DNA from: an uncultured Treponema sp.
Lineage (GTDB): Bacteria; Spirochaetota; Spirochaetia; Treponematales; Treponemataceae
Direction of reading: 5' to 3'
Length of the DNA stretch: 56,288 bases
NCBI GenBank assembly: GCA_964527175.1
Contig: CAZGQQ010000002.1
Coordinates: 1-56,288, forward strand
Below, one piece after another: positions 46,091-56,288 of this stretch. A program made the translations under genes and the position numbers. The notes under the pieces were generated by a model. That model was not told the DNA's origin, did not search any database, and worked only from the letters and a program-made list of their open reading frames with translations. How positions within the stretch are numbered: the stretch's first letter is position 1; each line of letters starts with the position of its first letter.

Positions 46091-47666
46091 ACCAAACTCT
46101 GTCTGGCTGGTAACCCGCGAATATGCCGGCATCGCCGAAGCGGGCGGGGTAAAAAATGTGGCCTGTTCACTCGCTGAAGGCATTACCCGCAAAGGTGTGG
46201 CAACAACGGTGTTCATCCCGCGGTACGGTTGCGTGAAACAAACGGGAAAAACCGTGTGTTCATCAACAGTAACGGTTCTTTCCACTGACTATCCGGTATC
46301 ATTTATCACGACGGAATTGCATGGTGTTCAGATAATACTGATTGAATCAGACATCTTTTCACAAAAGGATGATGTCTATGTGTATTCTGACCGTGAGTCA
46401 CGTATGGTACACGGTGCAGTTCGCGGGCAGGGACACAATGACATGGACCGCATGAACCTTGTTCATCAGCGAAGTGTTCTGGAATTCGCCCGCATACGCG
46501 GAGTCGTACCTGATGTTGTGCACTGTCAGGACGCCCATACGGCATTGCTACCGGCAATTGCACGAACCGACTCCCGGTATGCACATCTGTTTGCATCCAC
46601 GGCATTTGCCGTGACCATTCATAACGCCGGTCCCGGGTACCGTCAGCTTGTTCCCGGTATTGACCGTGCTGTACAGCTGGCTTCCATGAAACGAGAGGTG
46701 CTTGAAAGCGGCATGTTTAACGGAAATCTTGAACCGTTCCTGTTGGCTGCGGAATATGCATCTCTGACAACGGTTTCCCCCTGGTATGCACAGGAATTGA
46801 CGAGCCACCGTTATGGAGCCATGACGGAAGGGCTTTCTGCCGAATTTGAGCGCCGCGGAACGAGAATAACCGGTATCGTTAACGGAATTGACTATCACCG
46901 GTATGATCCATCAGATACGGCCTGCTCGTTGCTGCCGTTTCCCTTTGATCCGCCCTCGGGTGAATTTACCGGCAAGTATCGTGCACGATCTGTTTTCTAC
47001 GAACGCATGGGCTCTCCTCCCGGAGACTCACCGGTTGTCTGTCACGGCACCCTGGATAGTGCGCCCGGATCCGTTTACTTCACGTATCAGGGAAGGGTTG
47101 TCTGGCAAAAGGGGCTTGATGATTTCATACAAGCTGCACGCGATGTTATCTCCCGAATTCCCCAGACCCGATTCATCGTGCTTGGACAGGGCGATCCGGT
47201 TCTTGAAACCATGCTCATACAAACAGCGGAACGTTTCCCGGGATCATTCGTGTTTTTGCAGGGGTATGAGCGGTCTCTTGCCAGACTGGCGGTTGCAGTA
47301 TCGGATTTTCTCGTATTGCCCAGCAAATTCGAGCCCTGCGGACTTGAGGACTATATCGGGCAGATATTTGGAACCATACCGGTCGCCCATGCGGTTGGCG
47401 GACTGCAAAAGATTGCAGAGGGGGAGACCGGTTTCCTGTATCATGCCGGAATGGCAGGAGATTGTGCAACGATTCTGTCTGACCGTCTTGTATCGCTTGC
47501 ACGCCCGATTATTGCAGCCGGAAATTCCGGTGCGGCGGGGGTTCCCGAATACCGGCGCATGCTTGTCAACGCCGCAATCCATGTACGCCAGCAGTGCAAC
47601 TGGGATACAATCATTGATCAACATTATTTTCCGTTTTATCGGGATATAGGTTTGGCAACGTGTTGA
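46080..47666 (+). CDS. glgA: GT5 glycogen/starch synthase-like glycosyltransferase
   Basis: EAGGV (KxGGL position), HCQDAH, TIHN, TTVSPWYAQE, GIVNGID, GR...QKG and PSKFEPCGL. Confidence 0.85.
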   Translation: MNPEPNSVWLVTREYAGIAEAGGVKNVACSLAEGITRKGVATTVFIPRYGCVKQTGKTVCSSTVTVLSTDYPVSFITTELHGVQIILIESDIFSQKDDVYVYSDRESRMVHGAVRGQGHNDMDRMNLVHQRSVLEFARIRGVVPDVVHCQDAHTALLPAIARTDSRYAHLFASTAFAVTIHNAGPGYRQLVPGIDRAVQLASMKREVLESGMFNGNLEPFLLAAEYASLTTVSPWYAQELTSHRYGAMTEGLSAEFERRGTRITGIVNGIDYHRYDPSDTACSLLPFPFDPPSGEFTGKYRARSVFYERMGSPPGDSPVVCHGTLDSAPGSVYFTYQGRVVWQKGLDDFIQAARDVISRIPQTRFIVLGQGDPVLETMLIQTAERFPGSFVFLQGYERSLARLAVAVSDFLVLPSKFEPCGLEDYIGQIFGTIPVAHAVGGLQKIAEGETGFLYHAGMAGDCATILSDRLVSLARPIIAAGNSGAAGVPEYRRMLVNAAIHVRQQCNWDTIIDQHYFPFYRDIGLATC

Positions 47667-47691
47667 CTTTTTATGAGTAATACTTTACATT
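47663..47691 (+). promoter_or_regulatory. Sigma70 promoter for tRNA-Thr/tRNA-Tyr
   Basis: TTGACT-17-TACATT, 16 nt upstream of tRNA-Thr. Confidence 0.6.
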
Positions 47692-47707
47692 GCTCCTCGT
47701 TCGCAAT

Positions 47708-47781
47708 GCCAACTTAGCTCAGCTGGCCAGAGCACGTGATTTGTAATCTCGGGGTCCAGGGTTCGAATCCCTGAGTTGGCT
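47708..47781 (+). tRNA. tRNA-Thr (anticodon TGT); CCA not encoded
   Basis: Acceptor GCCAACT/AGTTGGC; anticodon loop TTTGTAA; T-arm CAGGG-TTCGAAT-CCCTG. Confidence 0.95.
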
Positions 47782-47807
47782 GGCTGGCGCATGGCGTTCT
47801 TTTCTTT

Positions 47808-47889
47808 GGGGAGATTCCCGAGCGGTCAAAGGGGGCAGACTGTAAATCTGTTGGCTACGCCTTCCAAGGTTCGAATCCTTGTCTCCCCA
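47808..47889 (+). tRNA. tRNA-Tyr (anticodon GTA); CCA not encoded
   Basis: Acceptor GGGGAGA/TCTCCCC; anticodon arm GCAGA-CTGTAAA-TCTGT; long variable arm. Confidence 0.96.
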
Positions 47890-47924
47890 AAGCCTTCCTT
47901 ATCCAAAAGGAAGGCTTTTTTTTT
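47890..47924 (+). terminator. Rho-independent terminator after tRNA-Tyr
   Basis: AAGCCTTCCTT-loop-AAGGAAGGCTT followed by a T-tract. Confidence 0.85.
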
Positions 47925-47947
47925 CCTGTAGTACGAGGAAAAACAGT

Positions 47948-48421
47948 ATGAAAGACACGTTCTATACAAATGGTTTACGCTTTTCCTGTACCGGCTGCTC
48001 TGCCTGTTGCCGGCATGATCCCGGTTTTGTGTATCTTTCCCGCAAGGATCTCGCACGGCTTGCCCTCTGGGCCGACATGACCTGTGAGGATTTCATTCAG
48101 GCGTATTGCCGCTGGGTGTACCGGAATGACGGGTATGAGTATCTGTGTCTTCGTGAAAAAAAGAATTATGACTGTATACTCTGGAATGATGGTTGCATTG
48201 CCTATGAAGAGCGGCCCCTCCAGTGTTCTTCATATCCATTCTGGGCTTCAAATTTGCTTGATGAAGACTGGTGGAATGCTTCTGCTGCAACCTGTCCGGG
48301 AATGAATACCGGTCAGCTGTATACGTATGACCAGATAACGGATATTTTGAACCAACGAACCGCCGAACCGTATATACGTCGTACATGTACCGGGAACAAT
48401 GGAAAGGAGGACGTGAAATGA
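47948..48421 (+). CDS. YkgJ-family cysteine cluster protein
   Basis: FSCTGCSACC, DCIL..GC.AYE.RP.QC.SYPFW and CPG. Confidence 0.88.
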   Translation: MKDTFYTNGLRFSCTGCSACCRHDPGFVYLSRKDLARLALWADMTCEDFIQAYCRWVYRNDGYEYLCLREKKNYDCILWNDGCIAYEERPLQCSSYPFWASNLLDEDWWNASAATCPGMNTGQLYTYDQITDILNQRTAEPYIRRTCTGNNGKEDVK

Positions 48422-49380
48422 ATGTGCATTTCTGGGGCGTTCGTGGATCCATTCCTGCGCCACTTACTCCGATTCAGATACAGAATCGTATTGCTGCGGT
48501 TGTTCAGCGCATTAGTGAAAAAGATGTCAGGGATGCCGATTCCCGTGAACGCTTTTTGGCCTCGCTTCCAAAATGGCTTTTTGGAACAGTTGGCGGAAAC
48601 ACGTCCTGTGTCGAAGTAGAAACAAGTTCCGGTGACACCATTATTCTGGATGCCGGTAGCGGGCTTCGGGAACTGGCAGTCAATATTGCAGAACGGAAAC
48701 AGTGTCCACAAGGCCAGACCTTCCATATCTTCTTTTCTCATTTTCACTGGGATCATGTGCAGGGATTGCCTTTTTTTTCACCGGCTTTCAATCCGGCAAA
48801 CCGCATTATTTTTTACAGTACCAATGCGGACCTTCGAAACATTTTGACCCGCCAGATGGAAAGTCCCTATTTCCCGGTCCCTTTCGAAGGTCCGGGAGGG
48901 TTTCGCTCATCGCTCGAATTTGTGCATCTGGACGATGAGCAGGAAGGCATCAGGATTGGTGATACAACGATAACCTGGTATGGCATGGACCATCCCGGTG
49001 GTTGTGTGGCATATCGCATGGAAGATGCCGGAAAGGTTTTCATTTATGCTACCGATACCGAATTGAACCGGGAGAACTTTGTCAAGAATGATACAAACAG
49101 CCGTTTTTTTTCCGGTGCCGATGCGGTGGTTATGGACTCCCAATATACCATGAATGAAGCCCTGCAAAAAGAAGGATGGGGACATTCTTCTTTTTCCATG
49201 ACCGTGGATTTCGCCCTGAATTGGGGTTTCAAAAAGCTGCTTCTTTTTCACCATGAACCCACGTATTCGGACAAAAAGCTGTTTACGGTTCGCCAATCTG
49301 CGACATGGTATTCAAACTACAGCGATACGGGGCATGTCGAGATCGAGATTGCGTGTGAAGGTATGGAGCTCACCTTATGA
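48418..49380 (+). CDS. MBL-fold metallo-hydrolase
   Basis: FWGVRGSIP, GGNTSCVE, ILDAGSG, SHFHWDHVQG, TDTE, GHS and FHHEP. Confidence 0.92.
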   Translation: MNVHFWGVRGSIPAPLTPIQIQNRIAAVVQRISEKDVRDADSRERFLASLPKWLFGTVGGNTSCVEVETSSGDTIILDAGSGLRELAVNIAERKQCPQGQTFHIFFSHFHWDHVQGLPFFSPAFNPANRIIFYSTNADLRNILTRQMESPYFPVPFEGPGGFRSSLEFVHLDDEQEGIRIGDTTITWYGMDHPGGCVAYRMEDAGKVFIYATDTELNRENFVKNDTNSRFFSGADAVVMDSQYTMNEALQKEGWGHSSFSMTVDFALNWGFKKLLLFHHEPTYSDKKLFTVRQSATWYSNYSDTGHVEIEIACEGMELTL

Positions 49381-49565
49381 GTTCTGATCAGGGGGTATGC
49401 TATACCTTTTCAGACAGCGAAATTAAAGCACTTGCCCTGTTACTCCGGAAGTGTGAATGTGTTCTGGATAATGAGTTGGACGGTTTTCGGATATTTCTTG
49501 AAACAACCGTATATCAGTCTATGACAATTGCCGAGGCAGAAGATTTTTTTAATGAAACCAGGTAA
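49377..49565 (+). CDS. Small hypothetical protein
   Basis: 62 aa; overlaps both neighbours within an operon; ends Y.SMTIAEAE.FF. Confidence 0.6.
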   Translation: MSSDQGVCYTFSDSEIKALALLLRKCECVLDNELDGFRIFLETTVYQSMTIAEAEDFFNETR

Positions 49566-50580
49566 ACGTATTCATGCGGTCAGTATAATTTTTCTTGTGT
49601 GCCTGTTTACCGCCATAGCAGCAGTAGCGGTGTACACCGTTCTGGACAGTCCTGTGGACCCTGCCGGAAAAGACACACTCTTCACGGTGTCGCGGGGCTC
49701 CTCTGTTCTCGCCATAACGGCAGCCCTTGAGAACCAGTCCCTGATACGTTCATCCTTTTTTGCCTCTGTGCTTACCCGTCTTAACAAGTTCTCGATCAAG
49801 GCCGGAACATACCGGATTTCTCCGCAGTTACGAACAACCGCGATTCTCGAGCTCCTGCATGAAGGAGCCGAAGAAACGCTGCGGGTAACGGTACCTGAAG
49901 GACTTACCATAACAAAGACTGCACGGTTGCTTGAAGAGGCCGGTGTTGTGTCCCGTCTTGCGTTCGAGCAGGCATGCCGGAATCCGGAGGTGATTTCACG
50001 CTTCGGGATACCTGCCACAAGCGTCGAAGGTTTTCTGTTCCCCGACACCTATACCTTTCGCTATGGTGTTGATGCAGCAGAAGTTGTTGCAACCATGGTG
50101 TCGAATTTTTTCCTGAAAACAGCAGACCTCGATACCTTGCCGGAAAGCAGGGAAAAACTGTTCGAGAAGGTAATTCTTGCCAGTATCGTTGAACGGGAGT
50201 ATCGCGTTGCCCGTGAAGCACCGCTCATAGCGAGCGTGTTTTCGAATCGGCTCAAGATTGGCATGGGACTGCAATCCTGTTCCACGGTTGAATACATCAT
50301 TACGGAAATTCAGGGGAAACCGCATCCTTCCCGGCTTTTGGCGGAAGATCTTGAAATACCGAGTGACTACAATACCTATCTTTGGGCAGGCCTCCCGCCG
50401 GGGCCGATATCAAATCCGGGATTAACCGCCCTTGAGGCCGCACTTGATCCTCCCGGATCCCCCTATCTGTATTTTCGTCTGACCGATCCGGTACAGGGTA
50501 CCCATGTTTTTACCCGTTCTCTTGACGAACATGTTGATGCAGGCCGCCAATTCTATCTTAAAAGCTCTGCAGGTAACTGA
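49552..50580 (+). CDS. mltG: Endolytic transglycosylase MltG
   Basis: N-terminal TM; VPEG, EGFLFPDTY, ASIVERE, YNTY..GLPPGPISNPG and YLYF. Confidence 0.95.
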   Translation: MKPGKRIHAVSIIFLVCLFTAIAAVAVYTVLDSPVDPAGKDTLFTVSRGSSVLAITAALENQSLIRSSFFASVLTRLNKFSIKAGTYRISPQLRTTAILELLHEGAEETLRVTVPEGLTITKTARLLEEAGVVSRLAFEQACRNPEVISRFGIPATSVEGFLFPDTYTFRYGVDAAEVVATMVSNFFLKTADLDTLPESREKLFEKVILASIVEREYRVAREAPLIASVFSNRLKIGMGLQSCSTVEYIITEIQGKPHPSRLLAEDLEIPSDYNTYLWAGLPPGPISNPGLTALEAALDPPGSPYLYFRLTDPVQGTHVFTRSLDEHVDAGRQFYLKSSAGN

Positions 50581-52367
50581 TGGCACGAATATCGAATGAG
50601 ACCATTGAAGAGGTAACTGCCAGGACGAATATTGTGTCGCTTGTGGGAGAATATACCCGTCTTGAACAACGGGGAACAGACTGGTGGGGGTGCTGTCCGT
50701 TTCATAATGAAAAAACACCGTCGTTTCATGTGGTTCCCGAACGGAACATGTACCATTGCTTTGGCTGCGGAGAGGGTGGCGGAGTAATCAAATTCGTCAT
50801 GGAGATGGAAAAACTCACCTTCGTGGAAGCGGTGGAAACACTTGCAAAAAAAGCATCGGTGGAAGTGCGCTATGAAGGCGGAACGCCGGATGATGTTCCC
50901 CGGAAAGATGATACCCGGGACAAACTGATTGAGCTGTATAGCCGTGTTGCCGGAACTTTCCATTATCTGCTCATGAATACTGACCAGGGGGAGCCGGTAC
51001 GTGCTTACCTCGGCAAGCGCGCTGTTTCCGATGAGATGGTGGAATCCTTTACACTCGGTTTGGCACCGGCAGACCGGTACTGGCTGCACCGGTTTTTGAT
51101 CAGTAAAGGGTATTCCTCCGAGTTTTTGGCCTTGTCCGGCCTTTTTTCAAAAAAATACCCTGAAGTCTCCTTCTTTTCAAACCGCCTCATTTTTCCCATA
51201 GCAAACCGGAAAGGTGAAATTGTCGCTTTTGGCGGGAGGATTCTCGAAGGGGAGGGCCCAAAGTATCTTAACTCGGGTGATCTCCCCCAGTACCGAAAGG
51301 GTGAAACACTGTTCGCTTTTGACCGTGCCTTGCCGGAAATCCGCAAAACAAAAAGCGTTATTTTTTGTGAAGGATACATGGATGTTCTCGCCTGGCATCA
51401 GGCGGGTGTCTGCAATGCCGTAGCGCCTCTTGGAACGGCTTTTACCGAGCAACAGGCCAAAATGGTCCGTTCCTTTGCAGAAACCGTGTATTTCTCCTTT
51501 GATTCGGATCTTGCCGGTCAAACTGCAACCTACAAGGGCATTCTGCTCTGCCGGCGCATGCAATTCAATGTAAAGGTGCTTGATATTCGCAACGGGAAAG
51601 ACCCGGCCGATATTTTGCAAAATGAAGGATCTGAAGCATTGAAAAAACTCCTGGAATATTCTATACTGGATCTTGATTATCTTGTTATGATAGCCGGTAC
51701 CCGCTTTGATACCGCTAATCCGGAGGGAAAGGCCAGAGCAGTGGCGTTCATGTTTCCATATCTGGAGGCACTTGAATCAGATATACAAAGGGAGTCGACC
51801 GTACAGCGGCTTTCCGCAGCATTCGGGATCACAGAAAAAGCACTGCTGACCGATTTTCACAACAGGAAACAACCCCAGGGCTTTGTAAACCCGGAAAAAG
51901 AGAAGCCGGTTCGCAATCGTTTTATAAAGCGGACAAGCGAGCTCAGGGCTGTTCTCGCAGTAGCCGCCAATCCCGATTTTTTTCAGGTGATGCGGTCGCG
52001 GATTACTTCCGATGATATAGAAGACGCTGATGCGAAAGATTTGTATATTGTTCTTGAGGAGTGCTACCGGAACGGGACGATGAGCCACGAAAGCATTTTG
52101 GCAAATTGCCGGGACGAGCAATTGCGTTCGCTGATCACCGAGACCATTGTTGGCGGTGAGTTTGCGGTAAACGCCAGAAAAATTCTGGAGGATGCCATTA
52201 CACATATCAGGCGGAATGCTCTCGAGAAGAAAAGAAACAGGATATTGGCCGGCATGAACAATATTTCAACCGGTTCTGTAGAAGATATGCTGGCTGTCTC
52301 GGAAATGATGGCCGAGAAAAAAAGTATTGATGAAGAACTTGCCAAACTGAAGGATATGAACGAATGA
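50580..52367 (+). CDS. dnaG: DNA primase
   Basis: [15 protein letters not shown] zinc finger, FGGR, KYLNS, EGYMDV, FDSD.AG and KDPAD. Confidence 0.98.
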   Translation: MARISNETIEEVTARTNIVSLVGEYTRLEQRGTDWWGCCPFHNEKTPSFHVVPERNMYHCFGCGEGGGVIKFVMEMEKLTFVEAVETLAKKASVEVRYEGGTPDDVPRKDDTRDKLIELYSRVAGTFHYLLMNTDQGEPVRAYLGKRAVSDEMVESFTLGLAPADRYWLHRFLISKGYSSEFLALSGLFSKKYPEVSFFSNRLIFPIANRKGEIVAFGGRILEGEGPKYLNSGDLPQYRKGETLFAFDRALPEIRKTKSVIFCEGYMDVLAWHQAGVCNAVAPLGTAFTEQQAKMVRSFAETVYFSFDSDLAGQTATYKGILLCRRMQFNVKVLDIRNGKDPADILQNEGSEALKKLLEYSILDLDYLVMIAGTRFDTANPEGKARAVAFMFPYLEALESDIQRESTVQRLSAAFGITEKALLTDFHNRKQPQGFVNPEKEKPVRNRFIKRTSELRAVLAVAANPDFFQVMRSRITSDDIEDADAKDLYIVLEECYRNGTMSHESILANCRDEQLRSLITETIVGGEFAVNARKILEDAITHIRRNALEKKRNRILAGMNNISTGSVEDMLAVSEMMAEKKSIDEELAKLKDMNE

Positions 52368-54109
52368 CTGAGCTTGCGCTTGATCCGGCTGTAGTGAAAC
52401 TGCTTGAATACGGCAGAGAAAAGAAAGTTATCAGCTGGGACGAAGTAAATGACATATTACCGGACAGTATAGTCAGTACGGAAAAAATGGACCAGGTTCT
52501 GGTCATGCTGGAACAAAACAAAATTCAGCTTCTTGAAGAAGATACTCTTGGAGATGACGAACCCTCTCCCGGCGAAAAACAGAAAGAAGAAACCGAGCGG
52601 AAACGCCTTGTTTATTCCGAAAAGGATTCTGCCGTAGATGATCCAATTCGTTTGTATCTACGTGAAATCGGCAAAGAAAACCTTCTGACCGCGGAACAGG
52701 AGGTTGAACTCTCCAAGAAAATGGAAGACGGGGAAAACATTATCAAGGATGTGGTCAAACACTCCGGTATGATTATCCCTGAATTCTATTCAATTGCCCA
52801 GAAGGCCTTTTCCCGAATAGATCCGCAGGAAAGTACCAAGCCACGTAAAGAACTCAACGAGGAAATGGCCGAGAAACGCCGGCTCAAACTCCTGTATGGC
52901 GAAGTACTCAAAACCGTTTTGCCGGACATGAAACAATACATGCTCATGAAGAAGCGTCTTTTTGACCGTGATCAAATCGCGACAATTTTTGATGACGGTG
53001 AACTGGTGACGGTTCGGGACAGGATTCTCGTGCAGCTGCAAAAAACCGAAATTCAATCTGAAGAAATTGACCGGTTCTCCGAGAAATTCATTGAAGCGAC
53101 CAGAAAAATTCGTGATTACCGCAGGCGGCAGGAAAAGAAAGAAAAAGAACTGCGAATAGCCGATTACGGAGAACTTCGAACTCTCGGGAAACGGCTTGCC
53201 ATTGCCCGTGAACGGACAAAGCTCGAACAGGACCTTGGTATAAATGCGAATGATATCAAGGAAATTTATACCCAGATACAGGTAATCAATAAAAAAATCC
53301 GCAGGCTCGAATATGATTTCGAGAATTCGGTTGATCAGATTCTGTCCATGGCTCGTGAAATACACCGGGGCAGGGTAATGATGAAGAGTGCGAAAGATCG
53401 CCTGATTAATGCAAACCTCCGGCTGGTTGTCTCCATAGCAAAAAAGTATACTAACCGCGGTTTGCATTTTTTCGACCTGGTTCAGGAAGGAAATATCGGA
53501 TTGATCAAGGCAGTTGAAAAATTCGAGTATCGAAAGGGATACAAGTTTTCAACGTATGCGACCTGGTGGATACGACAGGCCATTACCCGGTCCATATCGG
53601 ATCAGGCGAGAACAATTCGTGTTCCGGTGCACATGATTGAACAGATCAACAAGGTTGTACGGGAATCCCGGCAGCTCATGCAGCGATTGGGACGTGAGCC
53701 TACTGATGAGGAAATTGCGGAACAACTTGGATGGAATGTAACCAGGGTTAAACAGGTTAAAAATGTAGCCAGGGAACCAATTTCTCTCGAAACACCCATC
53801 GGTGAGGAAGAAGATTCCCTCCTTGGTGATTTCATTGAAGACAAGGAAGTGGAAAATCCCGCGAACCAGACTGCATTTACCCTGTTGCAGGAGCAACTGC
53901 GTTCGGTTCTTTCTACACTGCCGCCACGGGAACAGGAAGTGCTCAAAATGCGTTTCGGTCTTGATGACGGGTACTCGCTTACTCTGGAAGAAGTGGGGTT
54001 ATATTTCAATGTAACCCGCGAACGGATACGACAGATCGAAGCAAAGGCTCTCAGGCGGCTCAGACACCCGCGCAGAAGCCGCAAGCTCAAGGATTATCTC
54101 GATAATTAA
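52364..54109 (+). CDS. rpoD: RNA polymerase primary sigma factor
   Basis: [45 protein letters not shown] and TRERIRQIE. Confidence 0.98.
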   Translation: MTELALDPAVVKLLEYGREKKVISWDEVNDILPDSIVSTEKMDQVLVMLEQNKIQLLEEDTLGDDEPSPGEKQKEETERKRLVYSEKDSAVDDPIRLYLREIGKENLLTAEQEVELSKKMEDGENIIKDVVKHSGMIIPEFYSIAQKAFSRIDPQESTKPRKELNEEMAEKRRLKLLYGEVLKTVLPDMKQYMLMKKRLFDRDQIATIFDDGELVTVRDRILVQLQKTEIQSEEIDRFSEKFIEATRKIRDYRRRQEKKEKELRIADYGELRTLGKRLAIARERTKLEQDLGINANDIKEIYTQIQVINKKIRRLEYDFENSVDQILSMAREIHRGRVMMKSAKDRLINANLRLVVSIAKKYTNRGLHFFDLVQEGNIGLIKAVEKFEYRKGYKFSTYATWWIRQAITRSISDQARTIRVPVHMIEQINKVVRESRQLMQRLGREPTDEEIAEQLGWNVTRVKQVKNVAREPISLETPIGEEEDSLLGDFIEDKEVENPANQTAFTLLQEQLRSVLSTLPPREQEVLKMRFGLDDGYSLTLEEVGLYFNVTRERIRQIEAKALRRLRHPRRSRKLKDYLDN

Positions 54110-54132
54110 GGTGAAACAAAGAGGGGATCAAG

Positions 54133-54978
54133 ATGGTAATGACGGAACAACTGGACAAGCTCAAAGCGCTGCAGGATATTCTAGCGAAGAAGAACATTGT
54201 TGAAGCAGATATTGAAGCTGCTCCGAAAATTCTTTCAACCCAGGAAGAACTGCTTGCACGCCTGAAGAAAGGATATATCGATAAAAGTGAACAGTATGAT
54301 CAGGTCAAGAAACAGATAACTCACTTGAAGGCACAGCTTCACGAAGCTGAAACCATGCGTGAAAATTCTGAAAAAGCAATGGACAATATTTCCACGCAGC
54401 GGGAATACGAAGCACTGGATAAAGAAATACGGGATGCCAGTGACCGTGAACAGTCCATACGAAAGGACATCCAGAAAGAAGAACGTTTGTATACCGAGCT
54501 TGATGAGCAGCTGAAAAGTGAAGAATCCCTCATCAAACAGCAGGAAGAAGAACTCAACGAGCGAAAAGAAAAGATTACCAAAGACATCAAGGAACTTGAA
54601 AAAGAACTCAAGAAGCTTCGTGATGAAGAAGAAAAAATTGTGCCCGGCATACACCCGGAAACACGGTTCAAACTTGAACGCATAATCAAAAGCAAGCAGG
54701 GTGTCGGAATCGTACCCATCCACGGAAACGTATGCAATGGCTGCCATATGATTCTCCCTGCGCAGTTTGCCAATGAAGTTCGTGTTGGCAATGAAATTCT
54801 GTATTGTCCCTACTGCAGCCGCATACTCTTTTATCAGGAAAGTGATGAAGAGGAAAGTGATTTCTTTGACAGTGATGATGCCGGGAGTCTTGCAGATCTT
54901 GACGATTTCTCGGAAGAAGACGAAGATGATGACGATCGGGATGATACCCGGTCCGAAAAAATGGATTACGAAGACTAA
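54133..54978 (+). CDS. Coiled-coil protein with C4-type zinc ribbon (DUF164/CT398-like)
   Basis: Long heptad region, CNGCHM...CPYCSRIL and an acidic tail; adjacent to rnpB. Confidence 0.85.
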   Translation: MVMTEQLDKLKALQDILAKKNIVEADIEAAPKILSTQEELLARLKKGYIDKSEQYDQVKKQITHLKAQLHEAETMRENSEKAMDNISTQREYEALDKEIRDASDREQSIRKDIQKEERLYTELDEQLKSEESLIKQQEEELNERKEKITKDIKELEKELKKLRDEEEKIVPGIHPETRFKLERIIKSKQGVGIVPIHGNVCNGCHMILPAQFANEVRVGNEILYCPYCSRILFYQESDEEESDFFDSDDAGSLADLDDFSEEDEDDDDRDDTRSEKMDYED

Positions 54979-55374
54979 AGCAGAGGGCAGTTGGGATCAC
55001 TTGGTAATTGCTTGCGCAATTACTGAGAGGAAAGTCCGGGCTCCTTCGGAAGTGATGCCGGTTAATGACCGGGGGGCACAGGTTAAAGCCGGTGCTTACA
55101 GCGAGCGCCACAGAAAATATACTGCCGGGCGGTTCCTTCGGGAATCGCTTTGGTGAGGGTGAAAAGGCGGGGTAAGAGCCCACCGCGTTTCCGGTAACGG
55201 AACGGCATGGCAAGCCTCATCAGGAGCAAAGTCGAGCAGTAAAGGGTTTTCCGACCCTTATTTACGGGTAGGCTGCTTGAGAAACACGGAAACGTGTCTT
55301 CCCAGATAGATGGTCCCTGCCGCAGCACTTCTGGTGTTGCGGAGACAGAACCCGGCTTATTCGCCCTCTGCTTT
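54977..55374 (+). ncRNA. rnpB: RNase P RNA (type A)
   Basis: GAGGAAAGTCCGGGCTCC, ACAGAAA, GGTAAGAGCCCACCG and ACAGAACCCGGCTTAT; P1 helix AAAGCAGAGGGC/GCCCTCTGCTTT. Confidence 0.96.
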
Positions 55375-55407
55375 TTTTTATATTTGTTGGCAAGGAATCC
55401 TTACGGT

Positions 55408-56288
55408 ATGAGACAGCGAGCTTCAAAAAAAAAGTATTTGCTTACCGGCCGGCACAGTATATTCACCGGCAGCCTCGTTCGTCTTCTGGCCATTGTGGTA
55501 CTTGGTGGTGCGCTGGTATTTTCTGCACTGGTAATACGGAACAAGTTTCATACGCTACCGCCGGTATCGGAACTCTATGCCGACTGGAACAATGCCGAGT
55601 ATGCGGGACTGTACGAAAAAACAGGCCTTTTTCTGAAAGAGCACCCGTTGCATGGCGAAGTACTGGCTCTTCACGGTTTTGCCGCATACTACCTGAGTCT
55701 GGAAGAAACTGATACGACCGAAACCCGAAATTATCTGAATGAATCAATAACGACATTGCGAAAAGCATGGCTGCGTGTTTCACGGAGGGAACGGGTCAAT
55801 ATCTCGTACATCCTGGGAAAGGCGTACTACCAGCGCGGCATGTTTTATGCCGATCTTTCACTGAAATATCTCGATTATGCACAAAACAACGGAGCCCAAT
55901 ATACCGATATTGCCGAGTTCAGGGGAATGGCAGCAGAAGCCCTTGGGGACCATGAGAAAGCGATCGAGTCGTTTGCGAAGGCACTGATTCATGATCCGTC
56001 AGATTTGTTGTTATTCACACTTGCCAGAAATTATCGCGCGCTCAACGATTCTGACAAGGCAAAACAATACCTGACAGAAACAGTCCGCACTACGCACGAC
56101 GAGTTGCTTGAATTGAAATCGCGTTATGAACTGGGTATGATCCTGCATGACGAAGGCAACAGTGATGACGCCGAAAAAGAATTCACGGCAATACTGGAAA
56201 AAGATCCGAATTATGCTGACGCACACTACGGACTTGGTGTAGTATATGAGTCCCGGGAAGACATGATAAAGGCGCGTGCCGCCTGGCG
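55408..56288 (+). CDS. Membrane-anchored tetratricopeptide repeat protein (3' end outside the window)
   Basis: Not in the ORF track because it has no stop. The frame is open from ATG 55408 (MRQRASKKK..., one TM helix) with TPR units ILGKAYYQRG, YELGMIL and DPNYADAHYGLGVVY. Confidence 0.85.
   Translation, partial: MRQRASKKKYLLTGRHSIFTGSLVRLLAIVVLGGALVFSALVIRNKFHTLPPVSELYADWNNAEYAGLYEKTGLFLKEHPLHGEVLALHGFAAYYLSLEETDTTETRNYLNESITTLRKAWLRVSRRERVNISYILGKAYYQRGMFYADLSLKYLDYAQNNGAQYTDIAEFRGMAAEALGDHEKAIESFAKALIHDPSDLLLFTLARNYRALNDSDKAKQYLTETVRTTHDELLELKSRYELGMILHDEGNSDDAEKEFTAILEKDPNYADAHYGLGVVYESREDMIKARAAW

Noticed and set aside
47879-47947. ORF-track start of the YkgJ gene, and ORF 47826-48056
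   Set aside because: Both overlap tRNA-Tyr and its terminator; the ATG at 47948 has an SD-like GAGGA.
54686-55328. Several short ORFs across the rnpB region
   Set aside because: The region is explained by RNase P RNA and the end of the zinc-ribbon gene.

Overview
A 56-kb, densely coding core-genome segment of a spirochaete, most likely a Treponemataceae member (inferred from gene order: rpsB-tsf-frr-uppS-cdsA-dxr-rseP, rpmF-acpP-rnc, mltG-dnaG-rpoD-zinc-ribbon-rnpB). It holds about 65 CDSs, mostly housekeeping (ruvAB, queA, secA, rlmN, rsmD, rpsF-ssb-rpsR-rplI-dnaB, coaD, cca, glgA-like), plus three tRNAs (Arg-CCG, Thr-TGT, Tyr-GTA) and RNase P RNA. I saw no transposase, integrase, prophage or CRISPR array. 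Three signals stand out. (1) A translationally coupled six-gene operon headed by a LoaP-type antiterminator joins a CapD/PglF-type dehydratase and a DegT aminotransferase to a xanthine-dehydrogenase-like L/S/M trio. The trio's molybdenum-cofactor and catalytic motifs are eroded while the 2Fe-2S cysteines and most of the FAD motifs are kept, making it a candidate Mo-independent redox system tied to sugar biosynthesis. (2) An ~89-bp diverged tandem duplication of the secA 3' end has only synonymous changes in its coding part and inverted-repeat borders. (3) At least nine genes have sigma70-type -10 boxes 5-7 nt from the start codon and no Shine-Dalgarno, i.e. predicted leaderless mRNAs. All product calls come from motif recognition by eye; no database searches were run.
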